Below, piece after piece: positions 11,073 through 20,275 of a stretch of DNA of 64,000 nt; position 1 is the stretch's first letter, and each line of letters begins with the position of its first letter. The translations under genes were made by a program, and so were the position numbers. The notes under the pieces were generated by a model, which was not told the origin of the DNA, made no database searches, and saw only the letters and a program-made list of their open reading frames with translations. The DNA is from a virus. Location of the stretch: positions 575 through 64,574 of IMG/VR virus record IMGVR_UViG_3300027518_000007; one strand, written 5' to 3'.

Positions 11073-11632
11073 TAGCCTTGTAGTTTTCTAGACTTAGAGA
11101 TAGCTCTGTTGACCATCATACGACCTACTGTTTCTACGAAAGGCAAACCTCTCTTAGAGCTTTCGTCCTTAAGCCAAGAAACAATAGTGTCGATATTCTG
11201 TTCACACCAATCATTGCCTTTTTCGTTCATCTCTAAAGCATGTCTCCTACAAGAACATGTGCTACTACTCTTAATACCCAAAGCACTAATCATGCCAGTT
11301 AAAATAGTACCAGCACCATTCGGATTTTCTTCTAAAGTCTTAGGAAACAAGCTTCGTAATGTAACAGCAGGATCATTTCCTAGATATTGACGTAGTTTGT
11401 TTTCGATAAACTCTTGAGAATAGTCTCCGGCAGCATCATAATCTGCACCATGTAACAAACCAATTACACTTGGTACATTCTTGATATTTGCTATAACACT
11501 TTTATTTAACGGATTGTCACTATATGTAACATCTAAAACATCCATAACAATAGGAGGTGGAGTAATAACTTTATTTGTATTAGTATCTGTATATGGTGGT
11601 GGATTAAGAGTTATTGTTTGATTAAGATTCAT
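11072..11632 (-). CDS. Hypothetical protein with Cys-rich C-terminal domain
   Basis: 186-aa ORF coupled to terL; TCSC...WCEQN motif. Confidence 0.6.
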   Translation of the reverse strand: MNLNQTITLNPPPYTDTNTNKVITPPPIVMDVLDVTYSDNPLNKSVIANIKNVPSVIGLLHGADYDAAGDYSQEFIENKLRQYLGNDPAVTLRSLFPKTLEENPNGAGTILTGMISALGIKSSSTCSCRRHALEMNEKGNDWCEQNIDTIVSWLKDESSKRGLPFVETVGRMMVNRAISKSRKLQG

Positions 11633-12114
11633 GATTGTTTCTCCTTTTTGATTACTTCTAAATAATAAACCTTGTTTAGTATAAACTCTGCCACGCTTTC
11701 GGCATCGCTAGATGATCCGCAAAACATGACTTTAATATTATGTTCAGTTTGCCACTCCAAAATATGTTTCATTAAGAATGCTGGACTAATCTTAATCTTA
11801 TCCCAAAGCCTTTTAGGTAAATTACTTCCAATAGGATAATTTAATACGTTTTGAATATCAAATTCTAATAGCAAAAAAGCATACTTATGTTGTGCTAGTC
11901 TTGCTATGGCGTCCTTGAATCTGCTCTCAATAATATTATTAGCAATTTCATTTACACTTTTTTTTCTTTCAATAGCCAAAATATTTTCGAGCCCCTCAAT
12001 ACTATAGTCACCAGCATCAAGCTTTCTATGAGCTACAGCATAGTTATCAAACGTCCAGGGTTGTTGTTCTCGTGTGTCTACGATTATAGTAAAGTCGTTA
12101 TGATTTGTTGTCAT
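11629..12114 (-). CDS. ERCC4-domain nuclease
   Basis: IVDTREQ...GDY...IERK motif series of ERCC4/XPF nucleases. Confidence 0.85.
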   Translation of the reverse strand: MTTNHNDFTIIVDTREQQPWTFDNYAVAHRKLDAGDYSIEGLENILAIERKKSVNEIANNIIESRFKDAIARLAQHKYAFLLLEFDIQNVLNYPIGSNLPKRLWDKIKISPAFLMKHILEWQTEHNIKVMFCGSSSDAESVAEFILNKVYYLEVIKKEKQS

Positions 12115-12373
12115 TGTTATTTGCTGCTATTTTTAAAAAAATTGCTTCATAATAAGATTCTAAGCCAGTTACCATTTTATGATGATTTTTACATAAAGTA
12201 ATACCGTTTAAAGTATTATATCTTAACCCAGGATTATCTGCCCATCTTCTAATATGATGAGCATTTAATTTTTTAGTAATATTACATCCTGGCCATTGAC
12301 ACTTAAATTTATCTCTTTCATAAATATCAAGTCTCCATTTCTTGTATATTGGATCGTCATAATTTCTAGACAT
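12098..12373 (-). CDS. Small HNH endonuclease
   Basis: RDKFKCQWPGC...LNAHH...NGITLCKNHH zinc-HNH pattern; near terminase like HK97 gp74. Confidence 0.85.
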   Translation of the reverse strand: MSRNYDDPIYKKWRLDIYERDKFKCQWPGCNITKKLNAHHIRRWADNPGLRYNTLNGITLCKNHHKMVTGLESYYEAIFLKIAANNNDNKS

Positions 12374-13361
12374 GAGATACTGTTCCTACGTCGTTATCCA
12401 CCATGTCTTTAATAAGAGCATTGAAATGTATTTCTGGTTCCCAGTTTAATTGTTGATGAGCTTTTGTATTACGTCCTCTCAGATAATCAACCTCTGCTGG
12501 ACGACATAATGCTGGGTCGATCTCTAGATATTTTGCGTAATCTAAATTCACGTATTCAAATGCTGTTTTAACAAAATCCAAAACACTCCAAGTTTGACCT
12601 GTACAAATAACAAAGTCGTCTGGAATATCTTGTTGTAGCATTAGCCACATAGCTCTAACATAATCTTTGGCGTGTCCCCAGTCTCGTTGTGCTCTAAGAT
12701 TTCCTAGTTTTAAATTATCTGAATATCCATTATTAATTAAATTACCAATATATTTAGTGATTTTGCGAGTAACAAAGTTTTCTCCTCGTCTGGGACTTTC
12801 ATGATTGAATAAAATACCACTAGTAGCAAATAAACCATAACCATCTCGATAAATTTGTACCATTCGATGACTAGCAACTTTGGCTACGCCATAAGGACTT
12901 TGAGGTAAAAGTTCAGTATTTTCATCCTGATATTTAATATTAGTATCAGGACAAATACTAAAATTACGACCAAACATTTCGCTAGTGCTAGCTTGATAAA
13001 ATTTCGTAGATAGTGAATAGTGTCGAATAGCCTCTAGAATATTGATGACTCCTATGGTATCAATTTCAAATGTTGTGGTCGGTTGTCGAAAACTAGTTTC
13101 CACATGACTTTGTGCAGCTAGATTATAGAATTCATCCGGTTGGTATTTATCAATAGTATTAATAACATTAGAAGGATCTGTTAAATCGAATTCTTCTAAA
13201 ACGAGGTTGGAATTCTGAACCAAATGTTTTATTCTATCAAAGTGATCAATACTGGTTCTTCTATATAGGCCTACTACGGTATAATCTTTTTGAAGTAACA
13301 GTTCTGCTAAGTATGATCCATCTTGTCCTGTTATTCCTGTTATAAGAGCTGTTTTGGTCAT
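12366..13361 (-). CDS. gmd: GDP-mannose 4,6-dehydratase
   Basis: ALITGITGQDGSYLAE, YNLAAQSHV, QASTSEMFG, PQSPYGVAK, FNHESPRRG, RDWGHAKDYV. Confidence 0.95.
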   Translation of the reverse strand: MTKTALITGITGQDGSYLAELLLQKDYTVVGLYRRTSIDHFDRIKHLVQNSNLVLEEFDLTDPSNVINTIDKYQPDEFYNLAAQSHVETSFRQPTTTFEIDTIGVINILEAIRHYSLSTKFYQASTSEMFGRNFSICPDTNIKYQDENTELLPQSPYGVAKVASHRMVQIYRDGYGLFATSGILFNHESPRRGENFVTRKITKYIGNLINNGYSDNLKLGNLRAQRDWGHAKDYVRAMWLMLQQDIPDDFVICTGQTWSVLDFVKTAFEYVNLDYAKYLEIDPALCRPAEVDYLRGRNTKAHQQLNWEPEIHFNALIKDMVDNDVGTVSHV

Positions 13362-14185
13362 GAGTCTTCCTCAACTGTTTCTGGAGTTAAAAATGGTCTG
13401 TCTACAGTATTGTCCTGAAATGTATGTAAAGAACTGAGTTGCTTCATGGTCTTTTCTGTGGCCATGCTTAAAATTTCCATCTCGCGTCCTTCTTTCTCTC
13501 TTATCTGTTCATCTTCTAACATTCGAATTAATCCTGTCCAACTGCTTTTACCATCTTCTATTCGTTTGATTCTTTGCTCTCTTGTTGCTTTAAGATCTTT
13601 GCTAATTTTTTGCTGTTCATTAAGAAGCTTGGTATATTCATTAGTATAATTAGCGATACTGTTACGGGCAAATGAAAGCTGTGTCTCAAGATTAGCCAGT
13701 TTAGGAATATCTCGTTCTGATTCAGGTCTCTCATATTCTTTGTCAACCTGTTTTTGAAGTTTTTCAGTTTCTGCGATATGTCTTTTGCGTTCTTTCATGC
13801 TTCGATTAATGAGAATATCAATTGTGATAAATTGTTTGATTTGTAGTTCTTCGGCTGGTAAAACGTCTTCTCTAAACTGTTTTATAAGACCAATCCATGT
13901 GTCTTCAAAATATTTTAATTCGCCAGTATCTTCATCAAACTGTCTTTTAATTTCTCCCCAAAAGGTTTTACTATATAGTTTATATCTTAAAAATTCATTA
14001 CTACTTTTATCTTCATCTGTTATTAATAGTTGATTTTCATTAATATATCGTTTAATTGGAGCAGTATTTCTATTGAGATTTTCTGCTATATCTTCCATGG
14101 AAAGCTTAGTAACATTATCTCGAATAAATTTTTCTTCGTCTAAACTTAGTTGTCCTCGTTTTCGTGGAGCTGATGGTTTTTCCAC
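13358..14185 (-). CDS. Hypothetical protein, N-terminal HTH plus coiled coil
   Basis: LSMEDIAENLNRNTAPIKRYI HTH-like segment; long coiled coil. Confidence 0.55.
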   Translation of the reverse strand: MEKPSAPRKRGQLSLDEEKFIRDNVTKLSMEDIAENLNRNTAPIKRYINENQLLITDEDKSSNEFLRYKLYSKTFWGEIKRQFDEDTGELKYFEDTWIGLIKQFREDVLPAEELQIKQFITIDILINRSMKERKRHIAETEKLQKQVDKEYERPESERDIPKLANLETQLSFARNSIANYTNEYTKLLNEQQKISKDLKATREQRIKRIEDGKSSWTGLIRMLEDEQIREKEGREMEILSMATEKTMKQLSSLHTFQDNTVDRPFLTPETVEEDS

Positions 14186-14883
14186 TTTGTATTCTCCATA
14201 AGTTTAAGGATATGATTTTGAAGTTTATTGAGCTGTTGCTTTGGAATCTTCGTTCCGTGTTTAAGTTTAAGGTATGATTCTCTATATTCATTACGAATAT
14301 TTGCATCCAAAAAGTTAATAATTTCTTGATTTTGTATTATGTCTGTAATATTAGAGCTTTTATCCACATGGTGATTATCGTCTTCAATATATGAAGGTTG
14401 AATAATATTCTTTTTAGTTTCGTTGCGTTTGCTCCAAGCAGCATAAAGTTCACAGTCTTTTTTGTTTGTATAAGCAGAACATTGATTATTGGAGCATTTA
14501 TAGGTCTTATCAAAAAGTGGACAAGAGAAACAGGGCTTATCTGGTCTTTGATAGTTATTTCGTTTGTAATTAAATAGTCTATTTCTTACGTGGGTCCATA
14601 GAAAATTTTCTAATGGTCTGCTTCTGTCATATTTTTCTAATCCTTCAAGAGCAAAAATAGCAGCTTGTTGCTTCATATCGTCAAAGCTATGATAAGCAAA
14701 TTTGAATTTATGAGCTAGTCTTCTACTAATATTGTCTAAAACTAATAAAAACTCTTCTTCACTAACATTATTAGATAAGGTTTGTGGAGCGCTTTTACTT
14801 GGTTTCGTTTTAGTCTTCTTTAGTGTTGTCGGTTTCTTCTTGCTCTGTTTCTTCTGTTTGTCTGGCGATGTTTTTTTTGTCAT
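14146..14883 (-). CDS. Phage sigma70-family factor (candidate late sigma)
   Basis: Region-2-like FDDMKQQAAIFALEGLEKYDRSRPLENFLWTHVRNRLFNYKR; C-terminal helical region-4-like segment; Cys-rich insert between them. Confidence 0.7.
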   Translation of the reverse strand: MTKKTSPDKQKKQSKKKPTTLKKTKTKPSKSAPQTLSNNVSEEEFLLVLDNISRRLAHKFKFAYHSFDDMKQQAAIFALEGLEKYDRSRPLENFLWTHVRNRLFNYKRNNYQRPDKPCFSCPLFDKTYKCSNNQCSAYTNKKDCELYAAWSKRNETKKNIIQPSYIEDDNHHVDKSSNITDIIQNQEIINFLDANIRNEYRESYLKLKHGTKIPKQQLNKLQNHILKLMENTKWKNHQLHENEDN

Positions 14884-15013
14884 CTAATAATTCTGCTATG
14901 GTTTTTCCTTCGGGAAGATTTAGGTCTTTAGCAACGTCAGAATTTGCTTGTTCTGATGCTTTTACTGTTAATATTGAATTTATAAGATTATGATCAAAAT
15001 TTGAATTTGACAT
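14810..15013 (-). CDS. Hypothetical protein
   Basis: 67-aa ORF preceded by AAGGAG on the minus strand. Confidence 0.55.
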   Translation of the reverse strand: MSNSNFDHNLINSILTVKASEQANSDVAKDLNLPEGKTIAELLDDKKNIARQTEETEQEETDNTKED

Positions 15014-15102
15014 TTTTTCTCCTTGCGCTTAACTTGCCAAGATGTAATATAATATGATCTTTTGAAAGATTTGTCAATATTAATAACACCAAAGGAGAGT
15101 TT

Positions 15103-15354
15103 ATGGGAAATTATAAAAAGTGGACAGATAGCGAAATTGACTATATTCGCAATAATCATACCTCTATCCCTGATGAAGAACTAGCTGTTAAACTTAGCCA
15201 AATTACCAGCCAAAATATCACAATGGCTATGATTCGTCGTCAACGACGCAAGCTAAGACTAAGTAAGCCAAGAGGACGACCAAATAAGTCAAAGAGTTCT
15301 CCTGTTGTACAAAGTGTTGTTGGTAATGTTTCAACAGAACAGACAACCACTTGA
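15103..15354 (+). CDS. Small HTH/Myb-like DNA-binding protein
   Basis: KKWTDSEIDYIRNN...DEELAVKL...MIRRQRRKLRL; RBS GGAGAG. Confidence 0.6.
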   Translation: MGNYKKWTDSEIDYIRNNHTSIPDEELAVKLSQITSQNITMAMIRRQRRKLRLSKPRGRPNKSKSSPVVQSVVGNVSTEQTTT

Positions 15355-15388
15355 AATAGTTCGTAATTAAAATTTAATGCTGTATAAG

Positions 15389-15424
15389 AGGAGTAAGTTT
15401 ATTTAGTTAAGCTTGCTCCTTTTA
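15389..15424 (+). terminator. Intrinsic terminator
   Basis: AGGAGTAAGTTTA...TAAGCTTGCTCCT stem followed by a T tract. Confidence 0.65.
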
Positions 15425-15459
15425 TATTAAATAGGCCAAACCCACATAAAGAATCATCT

Positions 15460-16380
15460 ATGAAAATATTAGTTACCGGAGGAGCAGGATTTTTAGGACA
15501 AAATGTAGTTAAGAAACTATTGTCCCAAGGATACCAAGATGTTGTTGTTGTTAGAAAAGCTGATTGTGATTTGACCAATTTTGAACAAACAGGATCTTAT
15601 CTGAAAAGAATATCTCCAGATGTTATTCTTCATTTGGCTGCTGATGTTGGAGGTATAGGGGCGAATATGGTCAATCCTGGAAGGTTCTTCTATAATAATA
15701 TTAGTATGGGAATTAATTTGGTAGAACATGCCCGGTTGATGAATATTAAAAAGTTTGTGTTTGTTAGTACAGTTTGTTGTTATCCTAAGTTTTGTCCGGC
15801 CCCTTTTCAAGAAAGTGAAATTTGGAACGGATATCCAGAAGAAACTAATGCTCCTTATGGAATAGCCAAAAAGAGTATTATGGTCATGATGCAGAGTTAT
15901 AAAGCTCAATATGGGCTAAATGGTTGTGTGGTTATACCAACTAATTTATATGGGCCAAATGATAGTTTTGATGATGATAAGAGTCATGTTATTCCGGCTT
16001 TGATTAAGAAGTTGGTGGGGGCTAAGAGAGATAATTTACCAAGCATACAATGTTGGGGGTCTGGAAATGCTACTAGGGAATTTTTATATGTTAAAGACGC
16101 TTCATGTGGGATAGTTAGGGGCTTGGAAAAAATAGATGATCCATATCCTATTAATTTGGGTAGTGGGTTTGAGATTAGTATACGGGATCTTGTGTATAAA
16201 ATTAAAGATATGGTTGGATATGAAGGAATTATTCAGTGGGATTGTAATAAGCCCGATGGACAACCACGAAGATTTCTGGATATTTCTAGGGCGAAAAATT
16301 TGTTGGATTGGGAGGCTAAGACAGATTTTGACGCTGGATTAAAGAATACTATAGAATATTATCTCTCAACATTAAAGTAG
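15460..16380 (+). CDS. fcl: GDP-L-fucose synthase
   Basis: ILVTGGAGFLG, HLAADVGGIGAN, NAPYGIAKK, PTNLYGPND, SHVIPALIKK, WGSGNATREFLYVKD, KPDGQPRR. Confidence 0.92.
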   Translation: MKILVTGGAGFLGQNVVKKLLSQGYQDVVVVRKADCDLTNFEQTGSYLKRISPDVILHLAADVGGIGANMVNPGRFFYNNISMGINLVEHARLMNIKKFVFVSTVCCYPKFCPAPFQESEIWNGYPEETNAPYGIAKKSIMVMMQSYKAQYGLNGCVVIPTNLYGPNDSFDDDKSHVIPALIKKLVGAKRDNLPSIQCWGSGNATREFLYVKDASCGIVRGLEKIDDPYPINLGSGFEISIRDLVYKIKDMVGYEGIIQWDCNKPDGQPRRFLDISRAKNLLDWEAKTDFDAGLKNTIEYYLSTLK

Positions 16381-16386
16381 ATTCCA

Positions 16387-16941
16387 ATGGACATAACATC
16401 AGAAATGCAAATTAATCTATTCATTTTTTTGTATTTATTTATTTGTTTTTTTTGGTCTACATCTAATACTTTCCATATTGACCAGGTATTGAAGAACTAT
16501 TTGGGAAATTTTGTGAGATATATTGGATTGTGGCATCAATGGTCGATGTATACAAGTCCTTATAAAGTTAATCATTCCATGTTAGCAAAGGTTACTTTTG
16601 AAAATGGAGAAATTAACATTATTAACGTGTGGGATCCAGATATTAAATTAAAGTTCTTAGAAAAGTCAAAATACTCTAGATTACAAAAAATAATTGAAAA
16701 TATAATAACAGAAGATGCTAGTTTTGGTATTAGAAAGTTTTTTGCTCATTTTTTATATCTAGAATATAGTCGAATAGATAATAGAATAGTTTTAGTAGAA
16801 CTAATACAAGAAAATGAAGCTATACCAGACTTTTTCCAAAAAAATAATTTGAATTTGAGTAACCATTTAAGTACTAATGTACTATATACTTATAGGATTC
16901 CAGATGATACAATCACAAGATCTCATACATTTATGGAATAA
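16387..16941 (+). CDS. SdpA/DUF5819-like membrane-anchored partner of HTTM protein
   Basis: N-terminal hydrophobic helix, GLWHQWSMYTSP resembling the QxWxLFAP motif; overlaps the start of the HTTM gene. Confidence 0.55.
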   Translation: MDITSEMQINLFIFLYLFICFFWSTSNTFHIDQVLKNYLGNFVRYIGLWHQWSMYTSPYKVNHSMLAKVTFENGEINIINVWDPDIKLKFLEKSKYSRLQKIIENIITEDASFGIRKFFAHFLYLEYSRIDNRIVLVELIQENEAIPDFFQKNNLNLSNHLSTNVLYTYRIPDDTITRSHTFME

Positions 16942-17800
16942 TTTTTTCTTTAATCCAGAGCCAGCATCAACGATGGGGCTTTTTAGAATACTATTTGGAT
17001 TAATAGTTTTTATAGATAGTATTAGATTATTAAAGACAGCAAAATATTGTTTCGGAATAAATGGTTGTTATCCATTCGATTATTGGATTATTAGTAATCA
17101 CGCTTTAAAAAGATTTAGTCTATTAAAGTGGTTACCAAAAAGCGATAGATCTTTATATTTTGTATTATATTCATTGATCTTGTCTTCATTCTTTTTGACG
17201 GTTGGATGTTTTACTACTCTTTCAGCCATAGTTGTTTGGGTGTGCTTAACATCATTAGCCCATAGAAACATTTATGTATTACATTCTGGTGACACATTAA
17301 TGAGACTGTTGAGTTTTCTATTAATATTTTCTTCATCAGGATATGGATTGTCTGTGGACAATTATTTAAACGATAGGTATCAATATTCGTCTATGATATC
17401 TCCATGGGCACATAGACTAATGATGGTGCAGATGAGCGTGGTATATTTATGGTCATTGAAATCTAAGTTATTATCTAAAGACTGGATTAATGGTTCGGCG
17501 GTTTACTATGCGTTATGTTATAATTCTCTTAGTCGGAGATTATTCTCTTCTAAATATTTAAAAAGCATGTGTACCGGAATACAATTATCTTCATGGATAA
17601 CTTTGTTTTTAGAGTTTTTTATATCTGTTGGAGTTTGGTTTAAAGAATTTAATGTGTGGGCTATATTAGCTGGTATAGTGTTTCATTTATGGTTAGAAAT
17701 GAATCTTAGGTTGGGGACTTTTAGTTGGATAATGATAGTGGGATTATTATTATTTGTGGATCCTGTAATGTTGTCAGAATGGCTGTATAGAATTCTCTAA
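16904..17800 (+). CDS. HTTM-domain (SdpB / vitamin K-dependent carboxylase-like) membrane protein
   Basis: MGLFRILFG, SGDTLMRLL, QMSVVYLWS, DWINGSAVYYAL, GIVFHL motifs with multiple TM helices; start 16904 chosen (track start 16877). Confidence 0.8.
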   Translation: MIQSQDLIHLWNNFFFNPEPASTMGLFRILFGLIVFIDSIRLLKTAKYCFGINGCYPFDYWIISNHALKRFSLLKWLPKSDRSLYFVLYSLILSSFFLTVGCFTTLSAIVVWVCLTSLAHRNIYVLHSGDTLMRLLSFLLIFSSSGYGLSVDNYLNDRYQYSSMISPWAHRLMMVQMSVVYLWSLKSKLLSKDWINGSAVYYALCYNSLSRRLFSSKYLKSMCTGIQLSSWITLFLEFFISVGVWFKEFNVWAILAGIVFHLWLEMNLRLGTFSWIMIVGLLLFVDPVMLSEWLYRIL

Positions 17801-17872
17801 AGTCTGGTCGATGCTTGTGACGATACTTATGGGGGAAACTGGTCAATTCATTTTTAACTCGTAGGAAAATTT

Positions 17873-18160
17873 ATGAAAAAGCTATTAGCGGGATTGTTAA
17901 TGAGTGTTGCAGGAATGAGCGCTCATGGTGGTGAGTGGGTGCCTTATGTTTATCAGGCTCCGGTAATGGTTCAACCAGCTCCGGTGGTTCCGGTTCCATA
18001 TTATTATGCTCCTATGGTAACTATGGTTCCTGTGGCTCCACAGTATGTTCCTGTGACGTTGTATCAAAATGTTCTGGTTGAACGTAGGTGCTGGACTCTT
18101 TTAAAAAAAACCGAGGTAGTGTCGGTACCTCAAACCGTTTATGTGCCAGTAAGATATTAA
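17873..18160 (+). CDS. Small secreted Pro/Val/Tyr-rich protein
   Basis: Signal peptide MKKLLAGLLMSVAGMSAHG; RBS AGGAAA. Confidence 0.7.
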   Translation: MKKLLAGLLMSVAGMSAHGGEWVPYVYQAPVMVQPAPVVPVPYYYAPMVTMVPVAPQYVPVTLYQNVLVERRCWTLLKKTEVVSVPQTVYVPVRY

Positions 18161-18270
18161 TAAATGGCTAATAAACTGGCTAATTTATTCTATGGGGGTG
18201 CCTATTGTGTTTGTACCTCCCCGAGTTTTTTGCCCAAACTACCATAGTATATCTCGAAACGAAAAAACCC

Positions 18271-18352
18271 CCTAACCTTATACGAGGTAAGGACTTAGGG
18301 CGAATATACTCCGCCCGATTGAACGTAAGTTCTTATCTAGTAAGGGTTTAGG
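18271..18352. repeat. Repeat A unit 1/15 (82 bp: 11-7-11 site, 24-bp GC linker, 11-7-11 site)
   Basis: CCTAACCTTAT-ACGAGGT-AAGGACTTAGG ... CGTAAGTTCTT-ATCTAGT-AAGGGTTTAGG. Confidence 0.85.
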
Positions 18353-18418
18353 GCAAGTTTTCAAATTGGCACGGTATTTGTCCTAGAAACCTTACGAAAA
18401 TGTAAGGAAAGAATTCTC

Positions 18419-18446
18419 TTGCAATTAAAGTTTGGGTTGGTATAAT
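18419..18446 (+). promoter_or_regulatory. sigma70-type early promoter
   Basis: TTGCAA-16bp-TATAAT, followed by GTCGATATAAG; CCTTAC-N6-GTAAGG palindrome at 18390-18407. Confidence 0.75.
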
Positions 18447-18482
18447 GTCGATATAAGAACAAGAGAAAGAAAAGAGGAAAAA

Positions 18483-18743
18483 ATGGAAAATCTGAATTAC
18501 GATCTGATTTCTGACTGCTGTGGTGCTGCTTGTGCTTTTGAAACCGGTGAGGGTAAGGATAGAATCGGAATTTGCATGGATTGCAAGGAATGGTGTGGTG
18601 TGGTGGAAGATATTCCGGAAGCCGATCATATTCCGGGATACGATGATGGTGAATGGGATCCCATTATGGGAGATGCTGAGGATCATATCGAAACGGATGA
18701 TCAGTGGCTTGACGATTTCTGTGGTGAAGAGGATTTTGCCTGA
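18483..18743 (+). CDS. Small Cys-cluster protein with acidic tail
   Basis: SDCCGAAC...CMDCKEWC then D/E-rich C-terminus; start 18483 after RBS GAGG. Confidence 0.65.
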   Translation: MENLNYDLISDCCGAACAFETGEGKDRIGICMDCKEWCGVVEDIPEADHIPGYDDGEWDPIMGDAEDHIETDDQWLDDFCGEEDFA

Positions 18744-18839
18744 ACCTTACGAAAATGTAAGGAAACTTTTCGCTTGCAACCTACAGAATACTCTGTATAA
18801 TGTCGATATAAGAGAAAAGGGAACGATAAAGAAAAGGGA

Positions 18840-19088
18840 ATGAAAATGATCACCATCAACAACCGAAATGAACTCGAAAACTTCCTCTATGGTGCTGATT
18901 CGACCAGCCCCGATACCTTGGTAGGTGTTGCTCGTATCGGTGGTGAGTTGCTCGCTGAGGCTGTTGCTAGCGACATTGCTAACGACGTTACCGGATATAT
19001 CGAGCATTTCTTCCCGATGGGTGATGAGGGAGAGTACATTGAAGTTGCTCGCGATGGTGAGGTTGTGCGAGACTTCCTGTACTACTAA
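18840..19088 (+). CDS. Hypothetical early protein
   Basis: ORF directly after promoter (-10 TATAAT at 18796). Confidence 0.7.
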   Translation: MKMITINNRNELENFLYGADSTSPDTLVGVARIGGELLAEAVASDIANDVTGYIEHFFPMGDEGEYIEVARDGEVVRDFLYY

Positions 19089-19160
19089 GGTATTGACAGC
19101 CATCTAGCTGATACTGTATAATACAGAAACAAGAGAAACGATAACGCAAAGGAAAGAATC

Positions 19161-19310
19161 ATGACCATCCAAGTACAACACACCATTCGCCGCCTAGTTG
19201 CTCATCACGGATATTCCGCTACATTTGTTCAGCATATGGGCGAGGGTATAAGCTTGTACAGTATCGGTGGTATCTATTACCGTATTCGTGGTGATGGTAC
19301 GATCATTTAA
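19161..19310 (+). CDS. Small hypothetical protein (49 aa, not in track)
   Basis: MTIQVQHTIRRLVAHHGYSATF...; RBS AAGGA; own TTGACA promoter upstream. Confidence 0.55.
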   Translation: MTIQVQHTIRRLVAHHGYSATFVQHMGEGISLYSIGGIYYRIRGDGTII

Positions 19311-19317
19311 GCATAAT

Positions 19318-19399
19318 CGTAAAGACTTGTCCCATAAAGACTTACGACAAATCCGGCCCGCCCCTTTTGACGTAACTCCTTGGTGCGTATATACTTACA
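19318..19399. repeat. Repeat A unit 2/15
   Basis: CGTAAAGACTT-GTCCCAT-AAAGACTTACG ... CGTAACTCCTT-GGTGCGT-ATATACTTACA. Confidence 0.9.
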
Positions 19400-19529
19400 G
19401 CAAATATAAAAAATATTATGTTTGGCATGAAAATATATTCGACAAAATCCAAAGATTTCTCTTGCAATGGCCGATAACTACTGTATAATGAAAGCACAAG
19501 AGAAAATGAAAGAAGAAAAGGATAAGAAA

Positions 19530-19727
19530 ATGACTTACGGTTTTGAAACTTGGCACACGATGAAGTTTGGCAATACCACTGCAACCTTTAAGGTTTATCC
19601 TAGTGGTTCTTTTGTGATTCAGACCATTCTCCGTGATGGTAAGAATGTTACCGATAGCCTCTTGGCTAATCGTAGTGTGTCTGGATTGATTCGGTTCAAT
19701 GTTGCAAATAATCTTATCAAGTATTGA
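19530..19727 (+). CDS. Hypothetical early protein
   Basis: MTYGFETWHTMKFG..., downstream of promoter at 19462. Confidence 0.6.
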   Translation: MTYGFETWHTMKFGNTTATFKVYPSGSFVIQTILRDGKNVTDSLLANRSVSGLIRFNVANNLIKY

Positions 19728-19874
19728 GAGACCCTAATGATTACGACTATCGACTATATCGAATTGGCTGGCCTGTTGAGCTTCTGTGCTTTTTTCACCT
19801 ATACTGTGCATGAGATTGGTAATGCTATCCATTCCATGCTGAACGACTAATTCCCAACAAAGAAAGAAAAGAAT

Positions 19875-20192
19875 ATGACACACTTTGAAGCAGTGAAGAT
19901 GGTTCGTGGTAAGACTAATAAGGATACCCGTAAGGTAGGCAACAATACCTATGCGGAAATTCTTCCCGATGGTAGCGTAGGGATCATGCTGCACAGTACC
20001 TATGTGGTGAAGATTCATCCCGATAACTCTGCTACCCTTAATAGTGGGGGGTGGCACACGGTAACGACTAAGGATCGAATCAATCAGTATTCACCTGTAC
20101 GTGTGTATCAGCGTAAGGGACAATGGTACCTCGAAAGTGGGGAAGAGTACGAAGATGGGGTGGTGGTAGCGGACATGAATCTGGTCTACTAG
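19875..20192 (+). CDS. Conserved-looking phage protein
   Basis: LNSGGWHTVTTKDRIN motif; stop abuts repeat A unit 3. Confidence 0.65.
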   Translation: MTHFEAVKMVRGKTNKDTRKVGNNTYAEILPDGSVGIMLHSTYVVKIHPDNSATLNSGGWHTVTTKDRINQYSPVRVYQRKGQWYLESGEEYEDGVVVADMNLVY

Positions 20193-20193
20193 A

Positions 20194-20275
20194 CGTAAGT
20201 CCTTGACCCTAAAGCACTTAGGGCAAGGCGGGCGGGCCGGGCGTGACGTAAGTGCTTATGCTCCAACGACTTACG
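20194..20275. repeat. Repeat A unit 3/15
   Basis: CGTAAGTCCTT-GACCCTA-AAGCACTTAGG ... CGTAAGTGCTT-ATGCTCC-AACGACTTACG. Confidence 0.92.

Noticed and set aside
1597-17800. Many short opposite-strand ORFs in the track (e.g. 1597-1842, 2125-2397, 4955-5278, 5292-5684, 7089-7392, 15517-15909)
   Set aside because: They are shadow ORFs fully overlapping well-supported genes and have no recognisable motifs.
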